NCBI GenBank assembly: GCA_035327305.1
Contig: DAOLDL010000002.1
Span: 19,334 to 83,333, forward strand
Origin: Kiritimatiellia bacterium
GTDB lineage: Bacteria > Verrucomicrobiota > Kiritimatiellia > CAIVKH01
Length of the DNA: 64,000 nucleotides
Reading direction: 5' to 3'
Positions 29,964 through 40,307 of this stretch are shown one piece after another. The notes beneath the pieces are model-generated. The model was not told the DNA's origin. It ran no database searches and worked only from the letters and a program-made list of their open reading frames with translations. Numbering within the stretch: the first letter of the stretch is position 1; every line of letters starts with the position of its first letter. The position numbers and the translations under genes are program-made.

Positions 29964-32900
29964 CTATGCCTCCTTTGTGATGATCAGTGGCATGTAGGAC
30001 ACGGATCGCGTGACGCCATAAAATAACGAAGCCATTTCCACCGCGTGACGCAATGATACTTGCTCCTTGTTTGACTTTACACTTGTCCCGTGTACCGCCA
30101 CAAGATGCCAATCCAAATGCCATTCGGCACGCAATTCGGGAGTCGTGTAGACAATAGTATCCGCGATTGCCAATGTATGCGTTTCGCCATTCACCCTGGA
30201 ATAAACAAAGCTGGCGCGCCCCTTTTGCTCCATCAGAAAAGCATTATCCGTCTCACTCACAAATTCATCGGCGTTCAGATAAATGCGTGGTTTATCCTTA
30301 TAAGGTTTTCCAATGCTTGGACAAAACGTGACGCAATTTCCACATTCATTGCAAAAGTCGGAGTAAACCGCGACCTGATAGGGTTGGTTGATTCGAATGG
30401 TTTCTCCGCCGAGAGTGAACCATTGCCCATTATGTATCCGCCCGATCGGTAAATTCCAGTGAGCGGGAATATGCTCATACGTGAACAAGGCAAGGTTGGG
30501 ACAAACTCCAACGCAGTAACTGCACAAGTGATCACAATCCAGACAACGCGCCGCCTCGCGTCGTGCGGCGTCAGCGCCCAATGTCTCCACTACTTCCTGA
30601 AAATCCCTGCGCTGACCGGCCGGGCGTTGAGGAATGGATTCAGGCGTCGAACGCGTAGCCCGATGCAATTGAATCGAACCACGGTCAATTTTCGGGAAAA
30701 TCGCGCGGTCGGTCGGTGCGATAGAACCTTCGAACCGCTCCCGAATCGAACGTGCAATCCGTTTGCCATCCCCAAGCGCCTTTACAATCGTTGCCGGCCC
30801 GTCACCAATTGCATCACCCCCCGCATACACGCCGTCCAAACAAGTTTCCAGTGTAGTTGGCTTTACTTCGATGTAACCATTGGAATTAAATTCCACACCT
30901 TCATTTTTCAACCAATCGAAATCGCCAGACTGATTGATCGCGACGATCAATGCATCAAGAGGGAGTTCCTCGAACTTTCCTTCAACTGGCCTGGGTTTTC
31001 TCCGACCGCCGGCATCCGGCTCGCCAAGCTCCATCACACTGCACACAAGTCCGGAGAGACGTCCCTCATGTGCCAGCAGTTTTTTGGGCGCCAGCAATTC
31101 ACGGACAGGAATATTTTCGTCAAGCAGTCCGGTAATTTCATCGTATTGCGCAGGCATTTCATACCGGGTGCGCCGATAGATCACCGACACCTGTTCCGCA
31201 CCAATCCGCCATGCTGTTCTGGCACAATCCATGGCAACGTCACCGCCCCCCACAACCCCGACGCGATTACCAAGTTTGGGCGGACGCCCTTCACGGCATT
31301 CTTTCAGAAACGAAAGGGAATCCCAGACCCCGTCGACGTTCTCCCCTTCCATTCCCAGCTTTCCGGCTTTTTGCGCACCAATCGCAATGACAACGGCATC
31401 AAAGCCTTCTTTCCGAAGATCCGTCAACGTGAAGTCTTTGCCTGCGCAGACATTGTGCCTGATCTGAACGCCGCGTTGTACAAGAAATGACGTATCCTTG
31501 AGCAATGCATCATCGGAAGCACGATAGCCAGGAATCGAAGACGAAACCATGCCGCCCTCGCGGTCGCGCGCATCCATGATCGTAACCTGATAACCGGCAC
31601 GACTCAAGAAGTCAGATGTCGCCAGGCCGCAAGGTCCGGCGCCGATTATCGCGATGCGTTCCTTGCGTTTTGTTTCCGTGTTCACGTTAGCGCGTGCGTG
31701 ATCGACGATAAATCTTTTGATTTCCCGGATTTCCACCGGTTGATCCAGATGACTGCGCACACATCGGGCATGACAGGGATGATGACACGCCCGGCCTAAA
31801 ATAGCCGGCATGGTGTTGTCACGTTCGACAACGTCGGCCGCCTTTTGAAGTTGTCCGGTCTTCACCATCCGCATGTATTGTGGAACTTTTTGTTCAATCG
31901 GACAGACATCGGTGCAAGGCGCCTTGATGCAATCAAACGAACCCAACGGACGCAATGACTTGGTGTCGGCCCGCTGGTAAGTATCGGCATGGTAGGATTT
32001 ATCTGCCGACACATGTTCGGCATACGACGCGAGATTATGAAGTGCGGCTTTCCGTTTGTCGTTAACTCCAGCGGACTTCACGACCCAGTCATCGAGGTTC
32101 ACGCTGTTGAGTTCCGATAAGGATTTGCGAAGAATCGAGTAATACTGGGTCATTCGCGCATAACCGCCTGAACGCAGAAGATCCGAACACACGGTCACAG
32201 TTTTCATACCGCAACCGAGCAACGCGGGGATATTAAACGCGTCAGCGCCGCCGGAAAATGACATATCCAATTCGCCGTCGAATTCTTCCTGGAGTTTTCG
32301 CGCCACCTGCACCGTAATGGCATGCAAAGGTCGGCCCGACATGTACATTTGTTTTTCCCGCGATGAAAATACCTTGCGATGATTGATGACTTCAAGCGTG
32401 TTGGAAAGCTTGACGCCGAAACATAATCCTCGTTTTTCGGCAATCTCCCGCAAATCACGAATCAACGCCACGGCATGATCAAATGTGATGTCATGCCCGA
32501 ATGCTTCATCGGGAACGGTAATATCAGAAAAACCAAGCTCATCGTTTAGCAACCGGCGAAGTTCACGCGCACCCAGCAACGTAGGATTCAATTTCACGTA
32601 GGTGTGAAGGCCACGTTCCTCCAGCATATAGCGACAGATCGCACCAATCTCCTCGGGCGGGCAACCATGCATGGTGGAAAGTGTGATATTGTCGGATATA
32701 CGTTTGGGTATGTGGATGTCATCTATACCGGGAAAATGATCGCGGAGATCATTCACCACCGCGGAGATAAGGTTCGATCCATCATCCATACTGCGGAAGA
32801 ACTCCTGCACATTTGACTTGAGAATTCCCTCCATGTTGTAGCCGACACTCATATTGAATATCGCACCGGGACTGTCGCCCGGCATTCCCAGCATGCGATG

Positions 32901-33302
32901 CAAGGCATGGATCAGTACCCAGGCATTGGTGTACTCACGGATGGATTCCGCGATGCGCAGTTCCTGCGACCACTCTACATTAAAGCCGGCGTCTTCCATG
33001 TCGATGCAAGGCTTGGATACATCCAACTTATCCAACGTTTGAACGGTTTTCAGCTCAATGAAACGTGCGCCGCACAACCAGGCGGCAATGATATTCTGCG
33101 CCATTTGCGTGTGCGGGCCGGCGGCAACTCCAATCGGGGAATCAATATTTTGTCTAAATACCGAAGTCTTGAATGAATCGTCGGGTGAAGGCTGGAAAAA
33201 GACCTTGCGGTTGAGTCCCAACATGGAACCCGAGGCACTCCATTCATCGCGGAGCCATCGAGCCAACTTCACTGCGTCCAACGGATATAATCGATCACTC
33301 AT
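29964..33302 (-). CDS. ygfK: YgfK-like multidomain Fe-S flavoprotein oxidoreductase (DHOD/DPD-like TIM barrel, glutamate-synthase small-chain-like FAD/NAD(P) domain, 4Fe-4S ferredoxin)
   Basis: Collinear with E. coli YgfK: GVAAGPHTQMAQNI...GARFIELKTVQ...KPCIDMEDAGFNVEWSQE, LSTMHGCPPEEIGAICRYMLEE, Rossmann GAGPCGLA..., and C-terminal Cys clusters. The start at MSDRLYPLD (33302) has a GGGGAG SD. Confidence 0.8.
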   Translation of the reverse strand: MSDRLYPLDAVKLARWLRDEWSASGSMLGLNRKVFFQPSPDDSFKTSVFRQNIDSPIGVAAGPHTQMAQNIIAAWLCGARFIELKTVQTLDKLDVSKPCIDMEDAGFNVEWSQELRIAESIREYTNAWVLIHALHRMLGMPGDSPGAIFNMSVGYNMEGILKSNVQEFFRSMDDGSNLISAVVNDLRDHFPGIDDIHIPKRISDNITLSTMHGCPPEEIGAICRYMLEERGLHTYVKLNPTLLGARELRRLLNDELGFSDITVPDEAFGHDITFDHAVALIRDLREIAEKRGLCFGVKLSNTLEVINHRKVFSSREKQMYMSGRPLHAITVQVARKLQEEFDGELDMSFSGGADAFNIPALLGCGMKTVTVCSDLLRSGGYARMTQYYSILRKSLSELNSVNLDDWVVKSAGVNDKRKAALHNLASYAEHVSADKSYHADTYQRADTKSLRPLGSFDCIKAPCTDVCPIEQKVPQYMRMVKTGQLQKAADVVERDNTMPAILGRACHHPCHARCVRSHLDQPVEIREIKRFIVDHARANVNTETKRKERIAIIGAGPCGLATSDFLSRAGYQVTIMDARDREGGMVSSSIPGYRASDDALLKDTSFLVQRGVQIRHNVCAGKDFTLTDLRKEGFDAVVIAIGAQKAGKLGMEGENVDGVWDSLSFLKECREGRPPKLGNRVGVVGGGDVAMDCARTAWRIGAEQVSVIYRRTRYEMPAQYDEITGLLDENIPVRELLAPKKLLAHEGRLSGLVCSVMELGEPDAGGRRKPRPVEGKFEELPLDALIVAINQSGDFDWLKNEGVEFNSNGYIEVKPTTLETCLDGVYAGGDAIGDGPATIVKALGDGKRIARSIRERFEGSIAPTDRAIFPKIDRGSIQLHRATRSTPESIPQRPAGQRRDFQEVVETLGADAARREAARCLDCDHLCSYCVGVCPNLALFTYEHIPAHWNLPIGRIHNGQWFTLGGETIRINQPYQVAVYSDFCNECGNCVTFCPSIGKPYKDKPRIYLNADEFVSETDNAFLMEQKGRASFVYSRVNGETHTLAIADTIVYTTPELRAEWHLDWHLVAVHGTSVKSNKEQVSLRHAVEMASLFYGVTRSVSYMPLIITKEA

Positions 33303-33500
33303 TATCAGGTCTCCCCACCGTGCCATTGTTTGATTCCATCTCGATGGCAACCAGCACAAAGGAAATATCACCGCCATTATTTCAATATCAGGGAAGCACC
33401 GATACTCCTTCTGCGACGAATAGACCGCTCAAACGTTTCGTCTTTTCCCTGATAGGTCATTACGGCGCGTGCCCGATGGTATTAAAACTGCTTTATAACG

Positions 33501-36500
33501 ATGATATTCGCCATGAACTCCACCTTTTCGATTATTGATGGTAACGAAGCCGCCGCCGCAATTGCGCACAAAGTCAGTGAAGTTTGCGCAATCTATCCGA
33601 TCACGCCTTCCTCCAACATGGGCGAACTGGCCGACCAATGGTCCAGCGAGGGCCGCACGAACATCTGGGGCACCGTCCCGCTGGTTGTTGAGATGCAAAG
33701 TGAAGGTGGCGCCGCAGGCGCTGTTCACGGCGCATTGCAAACCGGAGCCATGGCCACCACGTTCACCGCGTCCCAGGGATTACTTCTCATGATCCCCAAC
33801 ATGTATAAAATCGCCGGTGAATTGACTCCGGCGGTATTTCATGTATCTGCACGAGCAATTGCATGCCAGGGTCTTTCCATTTTTGGTGACCATGCCGACA
33901 TCATGTCCGTGCGCGGGACCGGATTCGCCCTCCTTGGCGCCGCTTCAGTGCAGGAAGCCGCCGACATGGCATTGATCGCCCATTCCACCACGTTAAAGAC
34001 CCGGGTTCCATTTATTCACTTCTTTGATGGATTCCGTACATCTCATGAAGTAAACAAGGTCGTAACGCCGGATGACGATGTCATACGCGCCATGATTGAT
34101 GAGGAAGCCGTGCTGGCTCATCGGGCACGCGCCTTGAATCCTGACAAACCCGTCATGCGCGGAACGGCACAAAATCCTGATGTGTACTTTCAAGGTCGCG
34201 AAACCGTGAATCCATTTTATGCGGCAGTTCCTGATGCCGTTCAGTCCGCCATGGATCAGTTGGCTTCACTGACCGGACGTAAGTACAAACTTTATGATTA
34301 CTACGGCCATGCTGAAGCCGAACGCGTGGTTGTCCTGATGGGATCAGGGGTTGAAACCGTCAAGGAAACGATTGATGTCCTGTTGGCCAATGGAGAAAAA
34401 GTCGGCGTTCTGATGGTCCGGTTATTCCGCCCGTTTTCCGCCGGACATTTCGCCGCCGCCCTGCCCGCCACGGTAAAGACACTTGCCGTACTGGATCGAT
34501 CCAAGGAACCGGGATCTGCCGGAGAGCCCCTGTATCAGGATGTCATCACCGCCCTGGTGGAACAATTCAATGATGGCAGGTTGTCCATGCCGTCCCTACC
34601 CCGGATCATTGGCGGACGCTACGGACTTTCCTCCAAGGAATTCACCCCGGCTATGGTAAAAGCCGTATATGACGAATGCGCGAAAGCACAACCCAAAAAT
34701 CACTTCACGGTAGGTATCAACGACGATGTTTCGCATACCAGCCTGGAAATCGATCCCGACTTCGTGATTGAATCCGATAAAGTTGTCCGGGCCGTGTTTT
34801 ATGGACTTGGTGCGGATGGCACGGTCGGTGCAAACAAAAACTCGATCAAGATTATCGGGGAAGAGACAGATTTTTATACACAGGGTTATTTTGTCTATGA
34901 CTCAAAAAAATCCGGATCGCAAACGGTTTCACATCTTCGTTTCGGTCCCGACCCCATTCGCTCCACCTACCTGATTCAATCCGCCAACTTTGTCGGATGT
35001 CACCAATTTGGCTTCCTGGAAAAAACCGATGTGCTCAAGCTGGCCGCGCCCGGCTCGGTATTTCTTCTTAACAGTCCCTTCGGCCCGGATGACGTCTGGA
35101 ACAAATTGCCGGGACGAATCCAGGAACAAATCATTGCCCGTAAGATATCGTTTTACGTCATTGATGCCTACAAAGTCGCCAGGGAAAGCGGCATGGGTTC
35201 GCGCATCAACACCATCATGCAAACCTGCTTTTTCGCAATCTCCGGCGTTTTGCCGCGCGACAAAGCCATTGAACAAATCAAGAAGGCGATCGAAAAAACC
35301 TACAAACGAAAAGGCGTGGAAGTTGTTCAAAAGAATTTCGCCGCCGTGGATCATACCCTTGCCCATCTTTATCAGGTAAATGTGCCGTCAGCCGTCACCG
35401 CTGACACCGCGCCGCCGCGAATTGTCTCAGACAACGCTCCTGAATTTGTACAAAGTGTACTCGTCCCGATGATGATCGGAGAAGCCGACAATCTGCCGGT
35501 AAGCAAGATGCCGGTAGACGGGACATTCCCCACAGCAACGACGAAATGGGAAAAAAGAAACATTTCCGACATGGTGCCGGTTTGGGATGAAACAATTTGC
35601 ATCCAGTGCGGACTTTGCGGACTGGTCTGCCCTCACAGCGTCATACGTTCCAAAACCTATGATGAATCGCACTTAACCCATGCGCCCGCCGCATTCAAAT
35701 CCGCTACCTTACGAGGCAAGGATGTCGCACCAGGATCACGGTATACCTTGCAGGTTTACATTGAAGACTGTACCGGGTGCGGACTATGCGTCGGGGTATG
35801 CCCGACCAAAAACAAGCAGGAGGTCGGATTACGCGCAATCAATATGGAAGCCAAGGCTCCCGTTTTCGAAGACGAGCGTGAAAATATCCGTTTTTACGAA
35901 ACGTTGCCGGTCAATACGGATCCGACACTGGATGGAACCCTGGTCAAGGATGTGCAGTACATGGATCCTTTGTTCGAGTTCTCTGGAGCTTGCAGTGGTT
36001 GCGGAGAAACGCCGTACGTTAAAATATTAAGTCAGCTTTTCGGTGATCGCATGCTGGTGGCCAACGCCACCGGCTGTTCATCGATTTATGGCGGAAACCT
36101 TCCTTCCACCCCTTGGTCAGTCGATCATCTGGGACGAGGCCCCGCCTGGTCGAATTCGCTGTTTGAGGACAATGCCGAGTTTGGATTCGGATACCGGCTG
36201 ACCCTCGATAAACATTCGGAATATGCCAGTGAATTGATAAAGAAATTCGGACCGCAATTGGGCGATCAACTGGTAGACGATATCCTGAACGGAAGAAGAA
36301 CCGGTAAAGCCGAGGTGGAAAAACAACGGGAACGAGTATCTGCCGCCAAAGAAATATTAACGTCCGTCAAAGATCCGGACGCGCGGCGCCTGTTGTCGAT
36401 TATTGATTGTCTGGTCAACCGCAGTATTTGGATTATGGGGGGAGACGGATGGGCGTACGATATCGGGTACGGCGGATTGGATCACGTACTCGCCTCGGGA

Positions 36501-37109
36501 CGCGATATCAATGTGCTGGTTCTGGACACCGAAGTATATTCCAACACCGGTGGTCAGATGTCCAAATCAACGCCACGCGGCGCGGTGGCAAAATTTGCCG
36601 CCGGTGGCAAACAATTGGGCAAAAAAGACCTTGGCCTACTGGCCATTTCCTATGGTCATGTCTACGTTGCCCGGGTTGCGATGGGCGCAAATCCACGCCA
36701 GACCTTGCGGGCATTGGTTGAAGCAGAACAATATCCTGGACCATCGCTGGTCATTGCCTACAGCCACTGCATTGCACACGGCATCGATATGGCAAATGGT
36801 CTGAAACAGCAAAAACTCGCGGTCGACAGCGCACACTGGCCGCTTTACCGGTTCAATCCGGGTCTGATGGGATCGGACAAAAACCCGTTCAGTCTCGACA
36901 GCAAACCTCCCACCATTTCACTCCGGGATTATGCTTACAACGAAGTTCGCTACCGGATGCTTCATCACAGCCATCCCGAAGAAGCCAGCCGGTTGCTCAA
37001 ATTGGCGGAGCAGGATGTCAAGGAGCGCTGGGCCATTCACGAAAGCCTTGTTAAACGCTATGAACCCGCACCGGCTGTTGCCGCCGTTGAAAGCAGGAGC
37101 ACGACATGA
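33501..37109 (+). CDS. nifJ: Pyruvate:ferredoxin (flavodoxin) oxidoreductase, single-polypeptide NifJ/PFOR type
   Basis: 1202 aa, collinear with PFOR: N-terminal domains I/II, two ferredoxin Cys motifs (CIQCGLCGLVCP, CTGCGLCVGVCP), and the TPP domain GGDGWAYDIGYGGLDH. An alternative start is at 33513. Confidence 0.9.
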   Translation: MIFAMNSTFSIIDGNEAAAAIAHKVSEVCAIYPITPSSNMGELADQWSSEGRTNIWGTVPLVVEMQSEGGAAGAVHGALQTGAMATTFTASQGLLLMIPNMYKIAGELTPAVFHVSARAIACQGLSIFGDHADIMSVRGTGFALLGAASVQEAADMALIAHSTTLKTRVPFIHFFDGFRTSHEVNKVVTPDDDVIRAMIDEEAVLAHRARALNPDKPVMRGTAQNPDVYFQGRETVNPFYAAVPDAVQSAMDQLASLTGRKYKLYDYYGHAEAERVVVLMGSGVETVKETIDVLLANGEKVGVLMVRLFRPFSAGHFAAALPATVKTLAVLDRSKEPGSAGEPLYQDVITALVEQFNDGRLSMPSLPRIIGGRYGLSSKEFTPAMVKAVYDECAKAQPKNHFTVGINDDVSHTSLEIDPDFVIESDKVVRAVFYGLGADGTVGANKNSIKIIGEETDFYTQGYFVYDSKKSGSQTVSHLRFGPDPIRSTYLIQSANFVGCHQFGFLEKTDVLKLAAPGSVFLLNSPFGPDDVWNKLPGRIQEQIIARKISFYVIDAYKVARESGMGSRINTIMQTCFFAISGVLPRDKAIEQIKKAIEKTYKRKGVEVVQKNFAAVDHTLAHLYQVNVPSAVTADTAPPRIVSDNAPEFVQSVLVPMMIGEADNLPVSKMPVDGTFPTATTKWEKRNISDMVPVWDETICIQCGLCGLVCPHSVIRSKTYDESHLTHAPAAFKSATLRGKDVAPGSRYTLQVYIEDCTGCGLCVGVCPTKNKQEVGLRAINMEAKAPVFEDERENIRFYETLPVNTDPTLDGTLVKDVQYMDPLFEFSGACSGCGETPYVKILSQLFGDRMLVANATGCSSIYGGNLPSTPWSVDHLGRGPAWSNSLFEDNAEFGFGYRLTLDKHSEYASELIKKFGPQLGDQLVDDILNGRRTGKAEVEKQRERVSAAKEILTSVKDPDARRLLSIIDCLVNRSIWIMGGDGWAYDIGYGGLDHVLASGRDINVLVLDTEVYSNTGGQMSKSTPRGAVAKFAAGGKQLGKKDLGLLAISYGHVYVARVAMGANPRQTLRALVEAEQYPGPSLVIAYSHCIAHGIDMANGLKQQKLAVDSAHWPLYRFNPGLMGSDKNPFSLDSKPPTISLRDYAYNEVRYRMLHHSHPEEASRLLKLAEQDVKERWAIHESLVKRYEPAPAVAAVESRSTT

Positions 37110-38122
37110 ACCTAAGTACCAACTATATGGGTCTTCATCTGAAAAATCCGCTCGTCCCCTCCGCGTCCCCCATCATGGAAAACGTGGACAACATCCGCCG
37201 GCTGGCCGACGCCGGAGCTTCCGCAGTTACCATGTTCTCCATATTCGAAGAGCAACTTCGCATGGAAGCGGCGGCTTTGGACCACTACACATCGGTAGGC
37301 GACAATATGTATGCGGAATCATTGTCGTTCTTTCCGCAAACGGATGAATACCATGTTGCACCGAACCGGTACCTCGACATCATTCACCGGGCTTCGCAGG
37401 CTGTTGACATTCCCATCATTGGAAGCTTGAACGGCATGACCAATGAAGGCTGGATTGACTACGCGGCGCAAATTGAAAAAGCCGGCGCCAAAGCACTGGA
37501 ATTGAACATATTCATGATTCCCACCGACCCGAAAATCAGCGGTGGCAAGGTTGAGGAGTCCTATATCGATATCGTGAAGGCGGTCCGTGACGCAGTCTCC
37601 ATTCCAATCGCGGTAAAAATGAATCCGTTCTTCAGTTCGATTGCCAATATGGCGAAAAGGTTTGAGGAAGCTGGCGCTGATGGACTGGTTCTCTTCAACC
37701 GGTTTATACAACCTGACTTCGATCTTGAAGAACTCGAAGTCGTGCCAAACCTCACCCTTAGCTCGCCCGGTGAAATCAGGCTTCCGCTCCGGTGGATTGC
37801 CATCCTGTATGGCCGTCTCGGCATATCGCTGGCGGCATCTCGCGGCGTTCATTCATCGCGTGAAGTTATTAAATACATCCTGGCTGGCGCGGATATTGTT
37901 TGCATGACATCCGCCTTGCTCAAACAGGGCATCCCCTACCTCAACCACTTGCTCACCGATCTGGTCGCCTGGATGGATGAACATGAATACGAGTCGATCG
38001 AACAGATGAAAGGCGCCATGAGCCAGAAGTCCGTTTCCGATCCATCGGCATTCGAGCGCGCGAATTATATCAAGACCATTGAGCATTTCAAACGACACCA
38101 TGCCGCCAGCATGCCGTGGTAA
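37106..38122 (+). CDS. Dihydroorotate dehydrogenase / dihydropyrimidine dehydrogenase-like flavoprotein (class 1 DHOD fold)
   Basis: GLHLKNPLVPSAS and DHOD-like TIM-barrel pattern, 338 aa. Its ATG overlaps the PFOR stop (ATGA). Confidence 0.7.
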   Translation: MNLSTNYMGLHLKNPLVPSASPIMENVDNIRRLADAGASAVTMFSIFEEQLRMEAAALDHYTSVGDNMYAESLSFFPQTDEYHVAPNRYLDIIHRASQAVDIPIIGSLNGMTNEGWIDYAAQIEKAGAKALELNIFMIPTDPKISGGKVEESYIDIVKAVRDAVSIPIAVKMNPFFSSIANMAKRFEEAGADGLVLFNRFIQPDFDLEELEVVPNLTLSSPGEIRLPLRWIAILYGRLGISLAASRGVHSSREVIKYILAGADIVCMTSALLKQGIPYLNHLLTDLVAWMDEHEYESIEQMKGAMSQKSVSDPSAFERANYIKTIEHFKRHHAASMPW

Positions 38123-38159
38123 GTGATAGTGAATCAGTACAAAATAAGGAGAATAAAAA

Positions 38160-38348
38160 ATGAAAGTTGAAGTTGATGCCAGCACCTGCACGGGTTGTGC
38201 AGTTTGCAGTGATTTGGCGCCGGAAGTATTCGAATTGACGGATGACAATATTTCAATCGTCAAAACGCCTGAAGTGCCAGCCGGATTGGAAGACAAAGTT
38301 CAAGAAGCGGCCGATAGCTGTCCGGTAACCTGTATTGCCATTTCCTGA
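38160..38348 (+). CDS. fdx: Small single-cluster [4Fe-4S] ferredoxin
   Basis: 62 aa with CTGCAVC...CP Cys pattern. Strong SD AAGGAGAATAAAAA before the ATG. Confidence 0.75.
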   Translation: MKVEVDASTCTGCAVCSDLAPEVFELTDDNISIVKTPEVPAGLEDKVQEAADSCPVTCIAIS

Positions 38349-38423
38349 TCGGTGTCATTGCCGGTATGCTGATGATTCTCATGCCGGTAGCGATTCTTTG
38401 ACGGAATAAAGGACCGAACCAAC

Positions 38424-40307
38424 ATGCATGTTCCATTGGGATTAATTTTAGTTCCTCTTATCGGGGCATTTGTCATGTTGGCATTGGGCCTCACGAAAAT
38501 GCGAAAACCTCTGGTGATCGCATGTTCCACGGTTATTGGTCTTGGGTCCCTGCATCTGCTCTTCAATCAACTGCATTCTGAATTTCTACTGATGCCAATC
38601 AATGAACACGATTGGCTTCCAGTATTCGGTTGGTTGGGACTGGGAATCGGCGTTCTCCTGTTCATCATCAGCATTCGTCATCGACAGTACCTCGCGGCGA
38701 TCTTGGCCGCGACACAGGCAACGCTGGCCTGGTGGGCCGAGCACCTCACGCATATTTCGGAACAAGTAGTGCCTGCGCCCATGGTAATTGATCATTTATC
38801 GACCATCATGGCGGCAATCGTCGGGCTGATCGGCGGACTGATTTGCGTCCATGCCGTTGGCTACATGAAAGATTGGCATGAACATCACAAAAACCTTCCT
38901 GATCGACGTAATGTTTTCTTTTTTCTCCTGTTTATTTTTCTCTCATCCATGTTTGGTTTGGTATTTGCCAACAGCCTGCCTTGGCTGGTCTTTTTCTGGG
39001 AAGTCACCACTATTTGTTCCTTTTTCCTGATCGGCTACGCACGTTCTGACGAAGCCATCAAAAACTCATTTCTGGCTTTGAAGCTGAATCTGATTGGCGG
39101 GATTTTCATGACGTTGGGATGGATTCTGATTATCTGGCGGGGGGGAACCCTGGATATGCTTCAAATAGTGGCTTCCGGTGACGCACTTTACCTTTTGCCG
39201 GTTGCCATGATTTGTGTGGCTGGATTGGTCAAATCGGCCCAGTTTCCCTTCTCGCCCTGGTTACTCGGTGCGATGGTGGCGCCGACACCTGTTTCCGCCA
39301 TGCTACATGCCAGCACCATGGTAAAGGCCGGTGTGTATGTAATCATCCGGTTTGCCCCGGTTTTGCAAGACACCACGGCCGGACTTATGATATCATTGAT
39401 TGGTGCAACTACTTTTCTCCTCACCTCTCTGATCGCCATCGGCCAGAATAATGCCAAACGAGTTCTGGCTTACTCCACCATCGCCAACCTTGGCCTTATC
39501 GTTACATGCGCAGGCACCGGACAATACAATGCCATTTGGGCGGCCATACTATTAATTATATTCCACGCAGTCGCCAAAGCACTTCTGTTTCTAGCCGTTG
39601 GCACGGTTGAACATCGTCTTGGCAGTCGTGATATCGAGGATATGCAGGGACTTATTATGCGTCATCCGGCGCTTGCCGTGGCCATGTTGGTGGGAATCGC
39701 CGGGATGTTCCTGGCGCCTTTCGGATTATTGATAAGCAAATGGGCCGCACTGGAAGCACTGATTGTAGTCAATCCCATCCTGCCGATATTTGTTGTTTTC
39801 GGCAGTTCAGCGACGCTATTTTTCTGGGCAAAGTGGATGGGTAAAATCATTGGCGCGGAGCCTGGTACCCGCCCGGTTCCTGATGACACCCACTCGCTCG
39901 AATTGATTGTGTTGGCGGTACTGACGTCCATGGTGATTGTCTGTTGCGCAGCTTTCCCCTGGGTCGCGGAAATGATGATCGACCCCTATGTTATTTCCGC
40001 CTACGGGCGCACCATGATTATTGATCGCGAGACCATGGTGGTCATGTCCATCATGCTCTTGCTGGTGGCGCTACTTCCGTTAAGCCTTCTTTATCGGGGT
40101 GGCGAACGTTTCCGTCGCGTGGCGCCTTATCTTGCAGGAGCCAACTACGAACACCCCTACCGATTCACCGGCTCCGCCGGCAAAGAATATTCAATGGGAT
40201 TCAAAAACTATTACCTGGCTGAATATCTTCCCGAGGCCGGTATATGCCGCTGGGGATATCTGGCTTCGCTGACACTATTGCTGGTACTCATGGTGGTGGC
40301 ATTATGA
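38424..40307 (+). CDS. echA: Ech hydrogenase subunit A (NuoL/MnhA-like proton-antiporter membrane subunit)
   Basis: 627 aa polytopic Proton_antipo_M-type protein. First gene of the ech-type module. Confidence 0.8.
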   Translation: MHVPLGLILVPLIGAFVMLALGLTKMRKPLVIACSTVIGLGSLHLLFNQLHSEFLLMPINEHDWLPVFGWLGLGIGVLLFIISIRHRQYLAAILAATQATLAWWAEHLTHISEQVVPAPMVIDHLSTIMAAIVGLIGGLICVHAVGYMKDWHEHHKNLPDRRNVFFFLLFIFLSSMFGLVFANSLPWLVFFWEVTTICSFFLIGYARSDEAIKNSFLALKLNLIGGIFMTLGWILIIWRGGTLDMLQIVASGDALYLLPVAMICVAGLVKSAQFPFSPWLLGAMVAPTPVSAMLHASTMVKAGVYVIIRFAPVLQDTTAGLMISLIGATTFLLTSLIAIGQNNAKRVLAYSTIANLGLIVTCAGTGQYNAIWAAILLIIFHAVAKALLFLAVGTVEHRLGSRDIEDMQGLIMRHPALAVAMLVGIAGMFLAPFGLLISKWAALEALIVVNPILPIFVVFGSSATLFFWAKWMGKIIGAEPGTRPVPDDTHSLELIVLAVLTSMVIVCCAAFPWVAEMMIDPYVISAYGRTMIIDRETMVVMSIMLLLVALLPLSLLYRGGERFRRVAPYLAGANYEHPYRFTGSAGKEYSMGFKNYYLAEYLPEAGICRWGYLASLTLLLVLMVVAL

